Assembly (NCBI GenBank): GCA_041674705.1 | Contig: JBAYVF010000008.1 | Location: 1 to 62,858, forward strand | Direction: 5' to 3' | DNA length: 62,858 bases | DNA from: Candidatus Omnitrophota bacterium | Lineage (GTDB): Bacteria > Omnitrophota > Omnitrophia > Omnitrophales > Aquincolibacteriaceae | Shown: positions 32,601 through 36,596 of the stretch, in pieces | Layout of the letters: each line of letters opens with the position of its first letter | How positions within the stretch are numbered: the first letter of the stretch is position 1 | Made by a program: the position numbers and the translations under genes | The notes under the pieces: model-generated | Databases searched by the model: none | The model's input: the letters and a program-made list of their open reading frames with translations, nothing else | Told to the model about the DNA's origin: nothing

Positions 32601-35600
32601 CGGCCGGCCAGGAGCTTTTTAGCGAGGCTTGGCGGGCGGAGTGCCGTGGGATTTTTTCAAGTGTTGGGGGATGCGCTTGTAACGTCGTTGAAGCTTCTCG
32701 GGGGCACTGTGAGGGTGATCATCATGAGAGGCGTGCTTTATTCCCTTTGGCTGTTAGTTAAATCGGCTCGTCCCTCGCTGCGGGAAGATGCGCTGAAGCA
32801 GATTGGACGAAATGTGGAGGATGTTGCGCTCTGGTCCAAAGGGATTGCTGAAGAATCGATGAAGACAGCGAATCGTTTGTTTCATGCCGGTTTTTATTTC
32901 GGGATCGCCGGAATGATCACGATGATCGTTATCTTGGCGTTTTATGCCGCATCAGGTGTTGGTGCTGTCCAGTTTTTCTTTGCCTTGCCGCCGCTTTTCG
33001 TGATCCCGGCTGTTACGGCGTTTGCGTTGGCCGGTCTTATCCTTCTCTTGAGTGCCTTGCCTCGTCACTTGGACAGCTTTTTTCAGGCGTACTATAACGA
33101 TGAAGTGGCTTCTGCCAAGAATGAGAATTTGCCGCAGTCAACGAGGCTTTACAGATGGTTGACAAAGTACGCTCCTGCCTTGGGCGGGAAGATCGAGTCC
33201 AAATTCGCAAACGTACCACCGAAATTTGTTTTTAAATTAAATGCAGACGGAACGAAGATTGAAGAAACCAACGAAGATGATACCGGCGCTTTTCCGACGC
33301 AGACGCGTCTTTGGGCCAAGACAAACGCAGACTCAACAAGCGGGAAATCGTTCGAGTTTTCTGCGGGCGATTTTAAAGGAGATATTAATTCTAATTCCCT
33401 GAAGGGGACAGGGTTGCCGGATGGGTTATCTTTGGGATGGGATCAGACGACACTGGATGCTGCAAGAAAAGGGCTGGATAAAGCAAAGGAAAACCTTGAG
33501 ACTAAAAAAGCTGTCACAGGAAAAGTCCTTTCGAAAGAAGAGCGCAAGATGGTCAAGGATGAGATTAAGAGGGCAGAAGACGAGCTGAAGAAAGCAAAAA
33601 AAGAATGGCTGGATGCGCTCAATCGGACTCTTTCGATCAGGATGAGTAAAGCTGATTATGATGCGGTTTTTGATAATGTGTCGGTCCGCAAAAAACTCAA
33701 TCCTGACGAACAAGCTCTTTTGGAAAAAGCAAGAAACTCAGCTGCCATGTCAACTGGGGCGGAATTAAGGAACTTGAACCGGAGATTATTAGAGGTTTTT
33801 TACCCGCAGCAAATCAAGAAGAGCTCGGATGCTAATGTCCCCAAGGCGGAGGTTAGTGCCGCCGCGATTGAGACATTGGCTGAGCAATTAAAAGCAAAGA
33901 TAATCGCGGACCCGAGGGCTGTAGCTGCAAACGTGGTGGATCGTACGCGGACTATCGAGGTTCTTTATGGACAAACCCGGAGCACGAATCCGGCCGATCG
34001 GGAACATTCGATGAGGCAAATAAAAAATCTGCGAGCTGAGCAGAGCGCATGGGATAGTGCGTTGGAAAAATTGCGCCGAGATTATCGCCAAAGCGATGAT
34101 CCGTTTGCGGATAAGCTGGCAGAAACGTTTACTCTCATCCAGCAACGTTCTGAAATACGGGCGGAGACGCGGGAATCGGTGGAGAAGGAAGTCCGGACGG
34201 TCGCAGAGTTTCTTGCGAAGCGGAATGCCTTGGTTGAAAAAACAAAACTGTTGGTGGTCTTTGCAAACGAGGATGTGAGAGTGTCTATTTTAGCGGCCAA
34301 GCTTTATCTCTCGGGCATGGCCAAAGCGGTGGTGGTAGCGCCCAGCATCGGAGCGGCGGCTGTTAACTTTGACCCTGAAAAGATGGAGGCCTCCATCGCG
34401 TTCCTGGTGGCAGCCGGGATTCCTTATACGCAAGCGCAAAAGTTTCTTTTGAGCTGGAAACTCGGAACAAAGTCTGAAGTGCAGGTTTTTAAAGATATCC
34501 TGGCGGCGCTTGGGGTTCCGGAGACGGATATCATCACGGAGACAGGCGTCCCATTCTCAAAACAGCAAAGTATTATTTTTATGGATGCTCCCTTGAATCT
34601 GAGAGAAGCAAGGGGAGAAGTGAAGGCGAAATTCCCGGAGATCAAGGATCCCCGTCTCTATGGTCATGCGCCGGCTTTGCCGGATTTTTCTAAGATGAGC
34701 GACGCGGAGTTGGCCCGGACGGTTGAACGCGCGCTTGGGTTCATTCAAAAATTGAAAGATAACGGATCCGTCGAAATCCCGCAAGAGATCGCGGACTCCG
34801 TCCAAAGATTGCAGACCGGGACGCTGGTCGAGCGTTCTGAGGTCCGAAAACCTCTCGCGGATGAGATCAAGAAGCTTTGGCTGAAAGGTGTCGGGACGGA
34901 TAAATACCTTCTGCCCCCGGCGAGCATTCTTCCCGGCCGGGAGGGATTTGAGCTTATCGTGCTCGAGAAAAAACAGACGATCGAAAGAGAACGCGCTAAG
35001 CCGCCTTTTGATTCGACTCCGGTCAATCTTCCATTTGAAGTCCCGTTCAGCAGCGATGCCTTGACCTTTGGGAAGATCATTCAGCGCCATCCGGAGCAGA
35101 CCCTCAAACAAATAAAGATCGAGGGTGTTCCTGTTTTTATCCAGCGTAATTATGCGCCGGTTTACCCGAATCATTTTATGGTCGTGATCGATCCTGCTTC
35201 GCATCACAATCAGACGATGGATCAGGCGTCACTCTTGATCGCGCTTAAGGCACTTGAGCAGATCGGGGATGAAGATGCGTTCCTTGGAATGAACGTGGGG
35301 AAAGCGGCCTCGGCATCGATCAATTCCCAGCACTTACCGGGTGGTTTTGTGAAACGGGCCCGTGTCGAAAGAAGGCCGGTCGCGAAGACGATCGTTGCTT
35401 CTTCGGAGACTGGGGCGTCGGTCGGGGAACTTTGGGGTGATGCGGAGCCGACGTTCATTGTGAAGGCTCCTTCGCTCGAGAGCCTTGCCGCGTATGCGTC
35501 GCTCGTTTCAGACTTCTTGCTGGAATTGGATATACCTTCCACTCTTTTTATCCGGCCGGGATCGGCGAACCGGTCCTGGACGATGTATATCGAACCGCGT

Positions 35601-36596
35601 TCGCGTGTGCGCCCGGAGTTTTTCCCCGGGAATGCAGGTTTCGCGGAGATCATGCTCGGAAGGATCTCTTCGGATGGGAAAAAAGAAATCCGCGAAGAGG
35701 AGGTTGCTGAAGCGCTCCGCATTGCCGGAGTCACGCCTGAAGTGTTCAAAACGCTTTCAGAAGGTTTAATGCGATATGCCCAAGCCCAAGCGACCGGCGA
35801 AGAGAAACGGGCTGTGGTTGAGTCCACGAAGACTGCGCTTAATACAGTGAAAGCCGTGGCCGTCAGCGAAACGCCTGTGGAGCTCCGCTCTGAAGTCAAG
35901 ACTCCCGCCGCGGAAATCGATACGGCCATGGAAGAAGAGCTTAAGCGGATTGCTGAGAAAAAGGCGGAAGCACCGGCGGGTTTGACAGCGGCGCTTAAAT
36001 CTATTCAGACCGTGAAAATGGACACAGAGATCGCGTCGATCTTTTCGAAGGCTCAAGTCCTGGGGATCGAAGATCTTCTGCTAGACAATATTCTGAATTT
36101 TTCGAAGGATGCGCGTGTGATGGAAGCTCTCAATAGTGCTCGCAGGGCAAACGGATTGCCGGCGATCGTGGTGCCTACGGTGGGTGAGCCCCAGCTCTTG
36201 ATCATTAAGGGTTTTGATGAGGCGGTCATCATGGATCTCGCTGGCAAAGTCGACGCAGATACCAACATCGTGATCTCGGATGTCCCGGCCGCACAAATTG
36301 ATTTGGTTCAGGTTTCTCTGGCTAAGATGGGGTTGAAGAAAGCGGAGGCTTCTTCGGATGATGCCCTGAAGATCCTTGCGGCCAAGAGAGTGCCGAGAAA
36401 TACGGTGAAGCAGATCCTGGGTCATCAGACTCTGGATAAGAAGATCTATGCGCAACTTTTGGCGGGCTCAAAGGAGTTGGGCGTTGTGATCGCGGGCGAA
36501 GAAAAACGTCTCTCCGGGATCACCCAGTTCATGTACGTTGCCGAGATCATCAGCGCCTCATTCGAAGCTGCCCAAGCCGTCGCCCAGTCGGCGTAA
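8646..36596 (+). CDS. Giant multidomain membrane protein G2 (9,316 aa)
   Basis: Uninterrupted 27.95-kb ORF with RBS and promoter. N-terminal basic-hydrophobic helix, then recognisable SecA-like, TM, TolC-like, GT, DUF218-like and HIT-like segments separated by R[SA]ExR motifs. Ends ..AAQAVAQSA*. Confidence 0.93.
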   Translation: MISWQTHSFKPWLRTVALLTVCVFTFTSIVWDGGINKAYAAAPSPSSPTPVETFKANAILSLIDRPDLPDSYGTIKGTFKGNRDTIVIAIQDAHINEEAQRNIANIIRYFSEKYQLNLVNLEGASGELYTELFSFFPNKEARRNVADYFLKEGRLTGPEYLAIVDKPAMTLFGVEDKDLYEENRKAYVDALQFKDRDEKILAELDKVLQGVSRFVFPEEMRELTRRRAAFQEGGPELVAYVRYLVELARKHNIALDEYPGMHSLIELVDLEKKVDFDKAEKETDELVNDMKRVLSREKLSRFLTNTVHFRMKKMKRAAYYGYLQDEIQGISVAQTGGEDLNTKYANVIAYIQYMKLYDAIDVSIFDEIEFLEKTVKNKLFTSPEQVQLDHILRIYDIYCKMFDFTLTKQDAEFYYTYQDEFKSETFVSFLNPLMSKYHFTYGLPSQVKTLDQDLPRVERFYKAALERDQVLVERAVEKTFATGQKISAIVTGGFHTPGIEKYLREKDISYIVVAPRITKAIDKKKESALYDAALRETPLPIEKVLTETFLQPRSAVLNDPRFQLAAWHMILAKGDKLDFSSFDSDRVLYFPIEMAASLLRASDVTTAFKEITDSLAKLEENASARDKPAVAALKALLAKFKPENITEEADGNRTLWMPTVGEDFLAFTLHGEKWKVTEVKGAIPGSRRSIPSGEKTISLYRVRGFMVPEKVKTARAELRIGDVLVRTGELPMTDGSAALKLEPTAGPNLRLVEVAQEAAIKASQTQQELYERNLDRYKKSGFEVPTQKDAQTAFRALLSNAKSGDKLQALIETGAPQALKAGLMDRVMIIRLLGPRYSADMIRTRVPRLLASDVPVNTYTMTFRTDADIDVYRQRLSERQEEVFAKSYGEGLEPLIRQELEGLRSAGITPNLDTMRVQVEAGKKLAQGSLYRLPMGFGKTLALRVAAHMLASERNFKTAEGKGVLVCTVNDDLAMRDATAAGKILSNFGLRVGFVKDKEGQKVGYIFNKETGALTETSADEVYRSADVIYGTVDKFVHRYEDEELALDVTDRVFSKRQYFVLFDEADEPLTYQLMMPFIVSGGEKADAERIRQQNISARELAMAIYGANGEGVSQGMVDISKEKQKRVSLTPNGANRLEVLLNEKQVELKEKCGLGADVVLWKRLVEQALAVERSYSLGTDYLIIGKEIVIIGEDGKPHPGTRWSMGLHAAVEAKHMKDGVEVQVEQITRNSMMLKTFLGNKKLIADFAGASGTLDAEFMKEIHGKSVEEPSVAASSRLDTDMMYAGEASKWEAFFKEVIEKARQGIPLVIKVEEGTASEMEANLRKMGIPSGAVIRIFDASSETDIAEIEKFGGQTGAITIVTNRGGRGVDIKLAEAFKKVSEEAAKSGKLFTVYSTYIDELEAHDVQFRGRAARRGESGQFKAYWSVEDKIFKKYEALPAVQAALAAIKREFKTAGEPIKETREKGSTTVTDLIAALRRAIMNSRVQQFKQDQPFEKEMEDRKAAFQKIREAVLAGRFDDVVLNAAIPGIVDLARRVSKGREEAFRKGILELIDRGFSQYLDIAGKVKHDLSQEMQEDWKGVAAQQDPYVKFRDISLAAYRNALEFINVSIARNAPKDWTPTATAKAFGVKLDTLKRKASGYLFGGALLAGSVWVISFVMQGASFIQKLAAGGAVGDMTSKLEFLQTLSTNVFQSVPAAVWVVAAIGLIVLGFTLAQTYVKKFSQNYKGSRNMALFFRGTATWSERLGAVVSIPVSVLTMLSSMMPLSALLASIAVLAFPATASFLIPLVVAMAAVGVVAAALLIAVNYRSIKETRLDQPSNFQRAMRSLLFGLTYLTAVGLIVMFVPGMLSAVFAAAAIGVIGIRAHQRFRADYGKILEPSMRAKAAGLVAAAVVFTGIFALASFVGSVAGLFAAMMTVGSIILIITTGLYFFALPYIASRLAAVEAQTIGGKHKALTLRELLESAAPNARGIIIGGSAVGALSMSVVGLAGSLPVLTLVGVTLAVIGAGFLSVAGFLNYRKKVLALRAKGETPEGVFSTLLGTDSRKIVQGLMSSVALTAALPSIGAGAMLAPVASVTQSIYATQTRDQLVENLSSVFNIAVAPQIEAKKPEAAPHTGLAPPVADAQVETVQKELLKELAKVPPMDMRRTQLEDAVRQAKTAPELASLTQRISMMVAASEAVVTTPVVEKAPVAVTADQDAVLFKKGPTEPTGPTGPTGPTGPGGGPGGGPPPGGGGPTGPTDLGGLPPGALPPGGITVPIDRRNEEKVEFSEEALRATAGTLGTYAGPSMVMNAKAKAELERIDKLEAQEKSAAALDQARLETINSRIRFLTQDIQQMNRDLNGAGSDVTEALSAKIAEAKGEITRLEQESARLRVTPKVVPPEVKAAETPKAMAVPPAAPRAELIKEDAAKAAGEGATSGLVGVASGILVASVEIPLVMNQAEKDLADADPALWLLNRTLGNNFALRWQQNAKEQREIALKAVQWRNSIFKLMMNFSWNFNPRVYHMSQNKVEMAEGQNIDFPYKWASDSEGNVYLRQLGVEGPKVSPRVTVIQDKDLVSDKMLDLGDVSISVGQYLNNLNQILKCPDFWKYVGHAPVDPLEFVSNDAYAKWSGVAGYWASHYDTVKGEFNNASLPEIMKALAETKVNLEQSLGRELDLQNIKDASLLSCLAKYKIEGINTDELFGERDKGNVFLLAQAELVSTLTTHYRGILEKEFEREDLTLQSMKLEKIEQQGRFTTEYRAIQGEIVQIGGQITDLETIRTAAEKAKPENMLLEIARAKRNNEPIPSIGFVPSEQNIKDLDIAISDRKAKLIELKRDLWRKEKEIRDAASLDIHAKLPIDLSKITEDQMMKAVKSLGIADYSSLQIRLSQNSMEILQRRISNVAEVSGGLESIIDAFKIGNVYNIGTEADLGIYLKLTWGWKNLHQRGVEKQKYEKSVYEFIDNVRSVRLKHNEINAKVERLERVLEATRQYLDARKKATAEMERQFLSPDGNASLKALISAQDSVRQAEILVQGLEQLLANAKLRVAMYENAYADLKKAFQAEEKTFAKMEIPVRELDEWVGEKGGVEVPVAKPVTLTNPSIQELVGLSQSKIDLFKRTGTTMSADHETVQWIAFEVLGGLKLWQYGNAQDYIQGDQSTWIGQGNFGFWKDLMFGSMAPRIQVVDAPTVMRHLTGQVSDETLAGQVGRDTVEIELIHHNQRIADQVREAVRLRTSLQDKENRLRNEISALKGRMSEGVKEIRDAGLLSSSENSGPPQRMQILEKAVKDFSENEAETVKKLLRETGLSEETRTKLTKLMEEIVNLRKKGRTVSSLENEIANLKTEMNKGLEEIRAAGFLSPKGMRVFDEAVKDFSKKGFIVEEAENVINLLGGGTGLSSKKDQELMSEMANFFQRVADVETARMKYDVCVFELKSTIGLSNGETLIFSPDYNLNALEEGSEFLKPYPRILDAQLTLTKEGREKINKFLDEIKRAIKKVNKVSTPEKLKAQKEGVVSALTAVKANLEAVLSGTRSAESSTPDLLTQASVMYLEAERLFAQTFPKRGNALFNNARLLLVDISGIPQVLMAARHLGWADRNIGMRDTLKWEPFSLGAFFGVGIKGAKVVAGVAPDSELPEYLIGSTLIGIQKGWQKLLPEKKIPIVSNFFRNLANLSGTNPEGRWQKMLEFQTRAMQEILLAEEPTNEPLSLKQKYKADYMVLAELEALYSARIDEVNAREEKEAPLKRFQQAMDNNQTIAQGFEEDRQILTERMNYTKNVKDAIAFRIRLLGGPDQKTLDQELNPRPIIEGEVRQGSVKFLAGDLKGDFDANALKGNGLADGWDQGKLDAIRTRLGIGVAVTKEEWVGELNQILKAKMRVADYQGLQQNPLILKNLDSEIQGLLAKVLDPKTVVTTEAEAELIKQKLDPKPHITETELERLNRKLLEAVYPQQIEKTIFDKVRSVEGATAGKGIGQSPVREVSSLEGAKALKSETLESRIEELETQLAEKGRYLPYVASKTPVSRLLNTGIYGKNYKPDRTLMFSFDLGEIFMALSQKVRNVIADRSQAKKDKVQEAAAQELLQKASVCAQTEEEIQAILPRLGPEREQFLNIVTRLQAYDEFTAKDRDIALEQIGRLNREAAELLQRWIAAREDLNNVQKGFSFRIETKRFAAGQEIETGALEALTEDQLKKHPDVNYVTKLFDEAEKNARKTLLEGFNAWYEVGEADNLDGTKSVAGLSVPLWGYGKQSRRGIARKNVQIQKEAVDEVMRQVKSDFEAVKVEYNTNRDILRERERAAKVASPTELKSREKAMNEQNTVSGDYSSSLDQWAAAVKSASAARVDYYRSSAKLIHILDLFKVPVKQTGPVTEVPGPSTPAPATPEEIAKKEADALTAAIASVMSKDVPYGNVESPEVVSNKSLSYGKDSETKAGEVMTKIFHRTLPEELALEVKKIPAKIEAQKKIVQTAKAVANEATTAYQNYVTDHSRPFVKFLGIRIRWAWVLKLVPESWIRTKMDAAELKKAEELKKDQEQKRGEFSKAEESLRGFEKELREKTAEIDEMKKIRVLLANILGRYGQRLMVQRPDWVEHIISLSEGLGDGFIPEFFKNDKESQEKDKKKDVTEKKEDPAGPLLALWGRQIELPSPMLFTDSQLLQKYNVNLKLIGFLNFFARFGDKLDKDPEFFAKYKSDLYDRSDKADKSAEARKKDRDQWIQELVASLPTVRDFVEIYRSSNPNLEPHKLLANDPKDLGSYISGWALYAKLTGFKITRGMSSESVISWMKENQEAMGAMMKGLSFNNLVVKVEAQDVPPQDLMEGLKPMALAHTIDTGERTTTDQDSHMMDVATVTAVNFDRFLKNRKSPEQELDMGRVNSRIRQAVKTAFNEKIWAEVDVRRQPGASFLRDRKPRQGEPEGPEDVLYDTVYASVEKALTGGVAGGYENIILAGVHIDNQEARQKWVSMPLDERVTRIEELISIAGDLVEPLEKLYGKLDIWSPDGRDMGILMAHAQFVQMITGHEKGQRAAEKYAAGGDLTRSELDEKIDYERWKFKDKEKKIESTKEERRDEYIRRIKLLTDLRDAPETRDIWDKMGQVFTVMHPGVPADLRSGDGAFLGFLLNEVAQANDKDKPKETPEQMRTKYENILRLTGSPVSLIGTPSYIFSPSSSYAEYLQELGKEGDLQSILRELSDAITGLSDEIQSLSREIAVEKGQVPPADKVEAYKKAVKDYNGKIRDYNDLVGRLTAVARTLPDNFETLYAERAAVLKLLKERYGRGSLKALQLWMQAIYEEVHTASLEPGKPAKSFWDIEREVFDFLPRMRYGEETKDSRVQKLLKKESDENFPLALVEGEVAGLVLLLNDLGIKDPAAMQGAESRRIINDYFEKGLRPSNGYPSFRQMLWPEVQQQLKYLKQSLSLNEPDIALALEDPGKQQMLYYVIAKQGQLGVASYWIKYIDMAKSRKDMSAPPTFKKYKEMIERARKSWELSDTYLASFGFEVTPADIDSVVSNPKVKTAELEEYFKFGRVFLALAKGDIDSIPKEYADLMDPKFKKEVAKSNMGRLLTFDEMSGYITMLRSMKGNYYQGHLLPQVAFSLIGPSKIANVDSLDPKRLYALSAGMEGEKSRALFNAMIWKFSRNLLLEYPGSQGSVDTNLYSYLEFLMKEIEQKNAGMSPENVRVTAAGLFDFSRKIKNAMRSEWFERQIVFDKSIDKNDDQMNRIIELRLLTRPAKRELITNEERVALYGKDWEKQDEKDRRPNREAFVDYLLEQNHFYSMKAPWTSLISKKRRDELAKMDPEVSNAVINDTKVLMRMFVVGWQVRPVVDDLMAGVMNVRSNGEGVRFLKAEEAVLRRYLDISMNPPKAVVFTDKEKELTDADFLRQEINTAAVPMADEDLMKWEKALKRGEISREKVRQIFSDIHDFRKVFEEQKISMPLERILRVIEVGRSVSLSHAGILEPRGLELLTEEEAKNRDAFYESQDTELANDSQDLFFNNFVLKNNPQVKEKMAKDESGKPLTPKAYELFLSSPERIKTGIQSGFSLIFIGIMAVVAFLVIAGAALDLRRRKAQAVDRSRTGADRPELIRTNRREKTGQVRSEVRTPPVEVEQKRSEVRIESELQAAGVTKPRIPESFNKGPGSMTARGWFYMFLHFAIAGLFVYAVFGVMDLSNTSMMGAAFELAWDFFLGLGLAHRLTAFLSTQVHHIRAKMGGSRSSRDAVERPEADKFTPVLKEKKSFEFSVRDFKGDFDANSLKGNGLADGWDHGEAGGKVGLDTVRAKGSSATKEEWATALNEVLKGRMRSADYAAAESNESVLNSLSDDEQALLKKAKNAAANVKNVEELTRLNRRLLEAFYPQQFNKVYERYWDMDKNEEIFVKNNVILTGVGAETARQAALAARATNPLPVFNTEPITREAGDAKEIFMKGENNRIVSLRSPEGQNIFAIAKGHKVAHAYFRFNLMNLPGCGSKKLLNQEEESLPEKEKKELLEKKQKAHAAQLYEFFGEAFKNDWSLDYAEAEFQRRIKEVWTGANDSFKWEWMKDDNGDDLVLAKAFADYYFLRNIIRSAANNLDPRGNTTLAVVTEKEGAMIDKARKYRQDSANIDALLSSPEAKTRVEVLEKSKKNNGRISQDDEAWLKDYNDKKGWKDNEKTFRFVSDALDYARRQLVTIGQSRFGSDFYKADSTDQKTRIGRQLIYWMPLSDVILEKKQGYILAFLDYVNGQNGAPVVEKGQAVPMNRHFGRVNDRAAHAWIGVVGILFGVGTFFGLIPVVTMLLEGVVLGTAPAVLISLGMAWIGLIAGRYLINLLAQSQTADGTFFYETNSRGAKFLRAIGWLRPSNMKQTGRADRYFVDEIYDDPGSIFGMDPDHLLRMKRKVGMKLMPVREEYSRPAAWLRKLLRKQVNPERMEMVQQFELNPDGSAYMFSADDKNVLGDPPDRPKYATEDPSLLFPTRKLIEVATNKYNWAGIIVPRTKIVTDPKERTGYSSTNDFFGELGIFYAYALQLIRGRGNFTGKALMNLTVVYGHGDRRNSPTRWWAPTAGLLAGFAVGFMIWMTLGQVVILPLAFWLFGSMNAAVFAALFFSCATGGSYGLVKFKQLSHDYREGDTAGAVYVTNAAITEPSTDTFFAAVGRGFVRWGQGDMMRGDEIFAAGTPMGARWMNLVALAGYLEPVIFGFWIIKRFFIDPSFSGLSNIYSLGFHKVAEWMIVPGILSPLTVGIIVGILAALLIIGFIQRKGEQASHASTRKPLQGWSRAAMPLILTALSTLLAIILSPAWAGFFGVQAGVILFSYSFTLLLENEKVGNKLSSWIPPFLKKLLNIEKGSIANQMNGKIYYFVLAPLVVLGSILFFVLIVSSGVVQLPMSALSLIFIAVMYQVLVFPVFFGSLSGMYWNKFSGFIKTTTTGLSDVFLHLRFTFWENSWKLFMVGHQDTGRAWFMSTGATIGQWLIWTLRLGIVLVPLSFIVLPMFGLPTLASLAVAGLAKLSFVNFVITSKLTAVPLAAKVLAVVKMSLPGLMAFWISYAYVRYAFKFTRMLEVALRNQQLPWTTFSQGGGKKKTLLESYQFYIASLIAAVAAVALGVFTHTNFYIFLFGAPFLWSWSFAPWVSWLDQFPLPPNYPNFDAKGKRWVRVKWRFIHVVNVISKELSGSEIIDVKRVEDAEKSGRSSFRHSFLGSLKFSTDDLEGDFDSNSLTGTGLPGGLSAGWDQGALASVENKRKAILEKIMEITEGSTIVPAYDSVKAVLADGWDHGEHRDKDGLNAVRAKGSFVTKVEWDSAINEVLRVRMPIGAYRNVQANAALFSKLDPETRALLTKALDADPDATMTEEELIRLNRKLLGVIFPKILSKSITAPGQIKKEIDGKRKQLDEAKAKLESIKTATEEEWVKAEAVLEKSKKELEKSQQELEKSEQDLKKAKDELKNYKKGWAEALNPILKVRMLSEDYQAVQENSLLLKGFDKEVRALLAKALKIPVDEMTETELEQLNRRILEAVYPQKIRPARSFLARLGGRSAVGFFQVLGDALVTSLKLLGGTVRVIIMRGVLYSLWLLVKSARPSLREDALKQIGRNVEDVALWSKGIAEESMKTANRLFHAGFYFGIAGMITMIVILAFYAASGVGAVQFFFALPPLFVIPAVTAFALAGLILLLSALPRHLDSFFQAYYNDEVASAKNENLPQSTRLYRWLTKYAPALGGKIESKFANVPPKFVFKLNADGTKIEETNEDDTGAFPTQTRLWAKTNADSTSGKSFEFSAGDFKGDINSNSLKGTGLPDGLSLGWDQTTLDAARKGLDKAKENLETKKAVTGKVLSKEERKMVKDEIKRAEDELKKAKKEWLDALNRTLSIRMSKADYDAVFDNVSVRKKLNPDEQALLEKARNSAAMSTGAELRNLNRRLLEVFYPQQIKKSSDANVPKAEVSAAAIETLAEQLKAKIIADPRAVAANVVDRTRTIEVLYGQTRSTNPADREHSMRQIKNLRAEQSAWDSALEKLRRDYRQSDDPFADKLAETFTLIQQRSEIRAETRESVEKEVRTVAEFLAKRNALVEKTKLLVVFANEDVRVSILAAKLYLSGMAKAVVVAPSIGAAAVNFDPEKMEASIAFLVAAGIPYTQAQKFLLSWKLGTKSEVQVFKDILAALGVPETDIITETGVPFSKQQSIIFMDAPLNLREARGEVKAKFPEIKDPRLYGHAPALPDFSKMSDAELARTVERALGFIQKLKDNGSVEIPQEIADSVQRLQTGTLVERSEVRKPLADEIKKLWLKGVGTDKYLLPPASILPGREGFELIVLEKKQTIERERAKPPFDSTPVNLPFEVPFSSDALTFGKIIQRHPEQTLKQIKIEGVPVFIQRNYAPVYPNHFMVVIDPASHHNQTMDQASLLIALKALEQIGDEDAFLGMNVGKAASASINSQHLPGGFVKRARVERRPVAKTIVASSETGASVGELWGDAEPTFIVKAPSLESLAAYASLVSDFLLELDIPSTLFIRPGSANRSWTMYIEPRSRVRPEFFPGNAGFAEIMLGRISSDGKKEIREEEVAEALRIAGVTPEVFKTLSEGLMRYAQAQATGEEKRAVVESTKTALNTVKAVAVSETPVELRSEVKTPAAEIDTAMEEELKRIAEKKAEAPAGLTAALKSIQTVKMDTEIASIFSKAQVLGIEDLLLDNILNFSKDARVMEALNSARRANGLPAIVVPTVGEPQLLIIKGFDEAVIMDLAGKVDADTNIVISDVPAAQIDLVQVSLAKMGLKKAEASSDDALKILAAKRVPRNTVKQILGHQTLDKKIYAQLLAGSKELGVVIAGEEKRLSGITQFMYVAEIISASFEAAQAVAQSA
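8850..10250 (+). other. Conserved N-terminal domain of giant proteins (G2 copy)
   Basis: Motifs IQDAHINEEAQ, NLEGASG, ERDQVLV and VTGGFH align with IENAHANYGAQ, FVEGAAE, QREKVF and VTGGFH in G3. Confidence 0.8.
11330..13200 (+). other. SecA-like DEAD ATPase domain within G2
   Basis: SecA motifs in order: PMGFGKT (11451), VCTVNDDLAMRDA, DVIYGT, FDEADEPL (DEAD 11835-11846), DYLI..KEIVII, RWSMGLHAAVEAK, AGASGT, IVTNRGGRGVDIKL, DVQFRGRAARRGESG, YWSVED. Confidence 0.85.
13560..14900 (+). other. Multi-pass transmembrane bundle following the SecA-like domain
   Basis: About 10 or more long hydrophobic stretches (e.g. YLFGGALLAGSVWVISFV, LIPLVVAMAAVGVVAAALLIAV, GLVAAAVVFTGIFALASFV). Confidence 0.75.
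17250..21680 (+). other. TolC/outer-membrane-efflux-like helical repeats within G2
   Basis: Beta-strand-then-coiled-coil pattern: IYLKLTWG..., LISAQDSVRQAE..LANAKL, VAGLSVPLWGYG (21315-21350)...ASAARVDYYRSSAKL. Recognised by eye only. Confidence 0.5.
20058..33821 (+). repeat. Dispersed ~120-150-aa internal repeat domain in G2, five copies (~20058-20472, 27312-27686, 31638-32153, 32385-32603 partial, 33348-33821)
   Basis: Consensus F...DF.GD.D.NSL.G.GL...GWD...EW...LN..L..RM...DY......L...E.ALL.KA....EL..LNR.LLEA.YPQ. Confidence 0.85.
27010..30450 (+). other. Processive glucosyltransferase domain (cyclic beta-1,2-glucan synthase Cgs/NdvB- or MdoH-like) with flanking TM helices
   Basis: Motifs YMFSADD, AGIIVPR, GNFTGKAL, LSHDYREG (29901-29924) and RGFVRWGQGD (~30015) match the Cgs/MdoH pattern (LDAD, QPR, F.GKG, LSHD..EG, R..RW..GD). 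Confidence 0.65.
34190..34800 (+). other. DUF218/YdcF-like domain (possibly truncated) in G2
   Basis: VAEFLAKR..LLVVFANEDVRVSILAAKLY..G.A..VV...SEVQVFKDIL..LGVPETDIITE. Bounded by RSEIR/RAETR and RSEVR. Confidence 0.5.
34850..35800 (+). other. HIT-fold GDP-hexose phosphorylase (GDPGP1/VTC2/DUF4922)-like domain, degenerate
   Basis: NYAPVYPNHFMVV...HNQ...FLGMNVGKAASASINSQHL resembles N..P....H...GFN...A.ASVNHLH. Confidence 0.5.
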
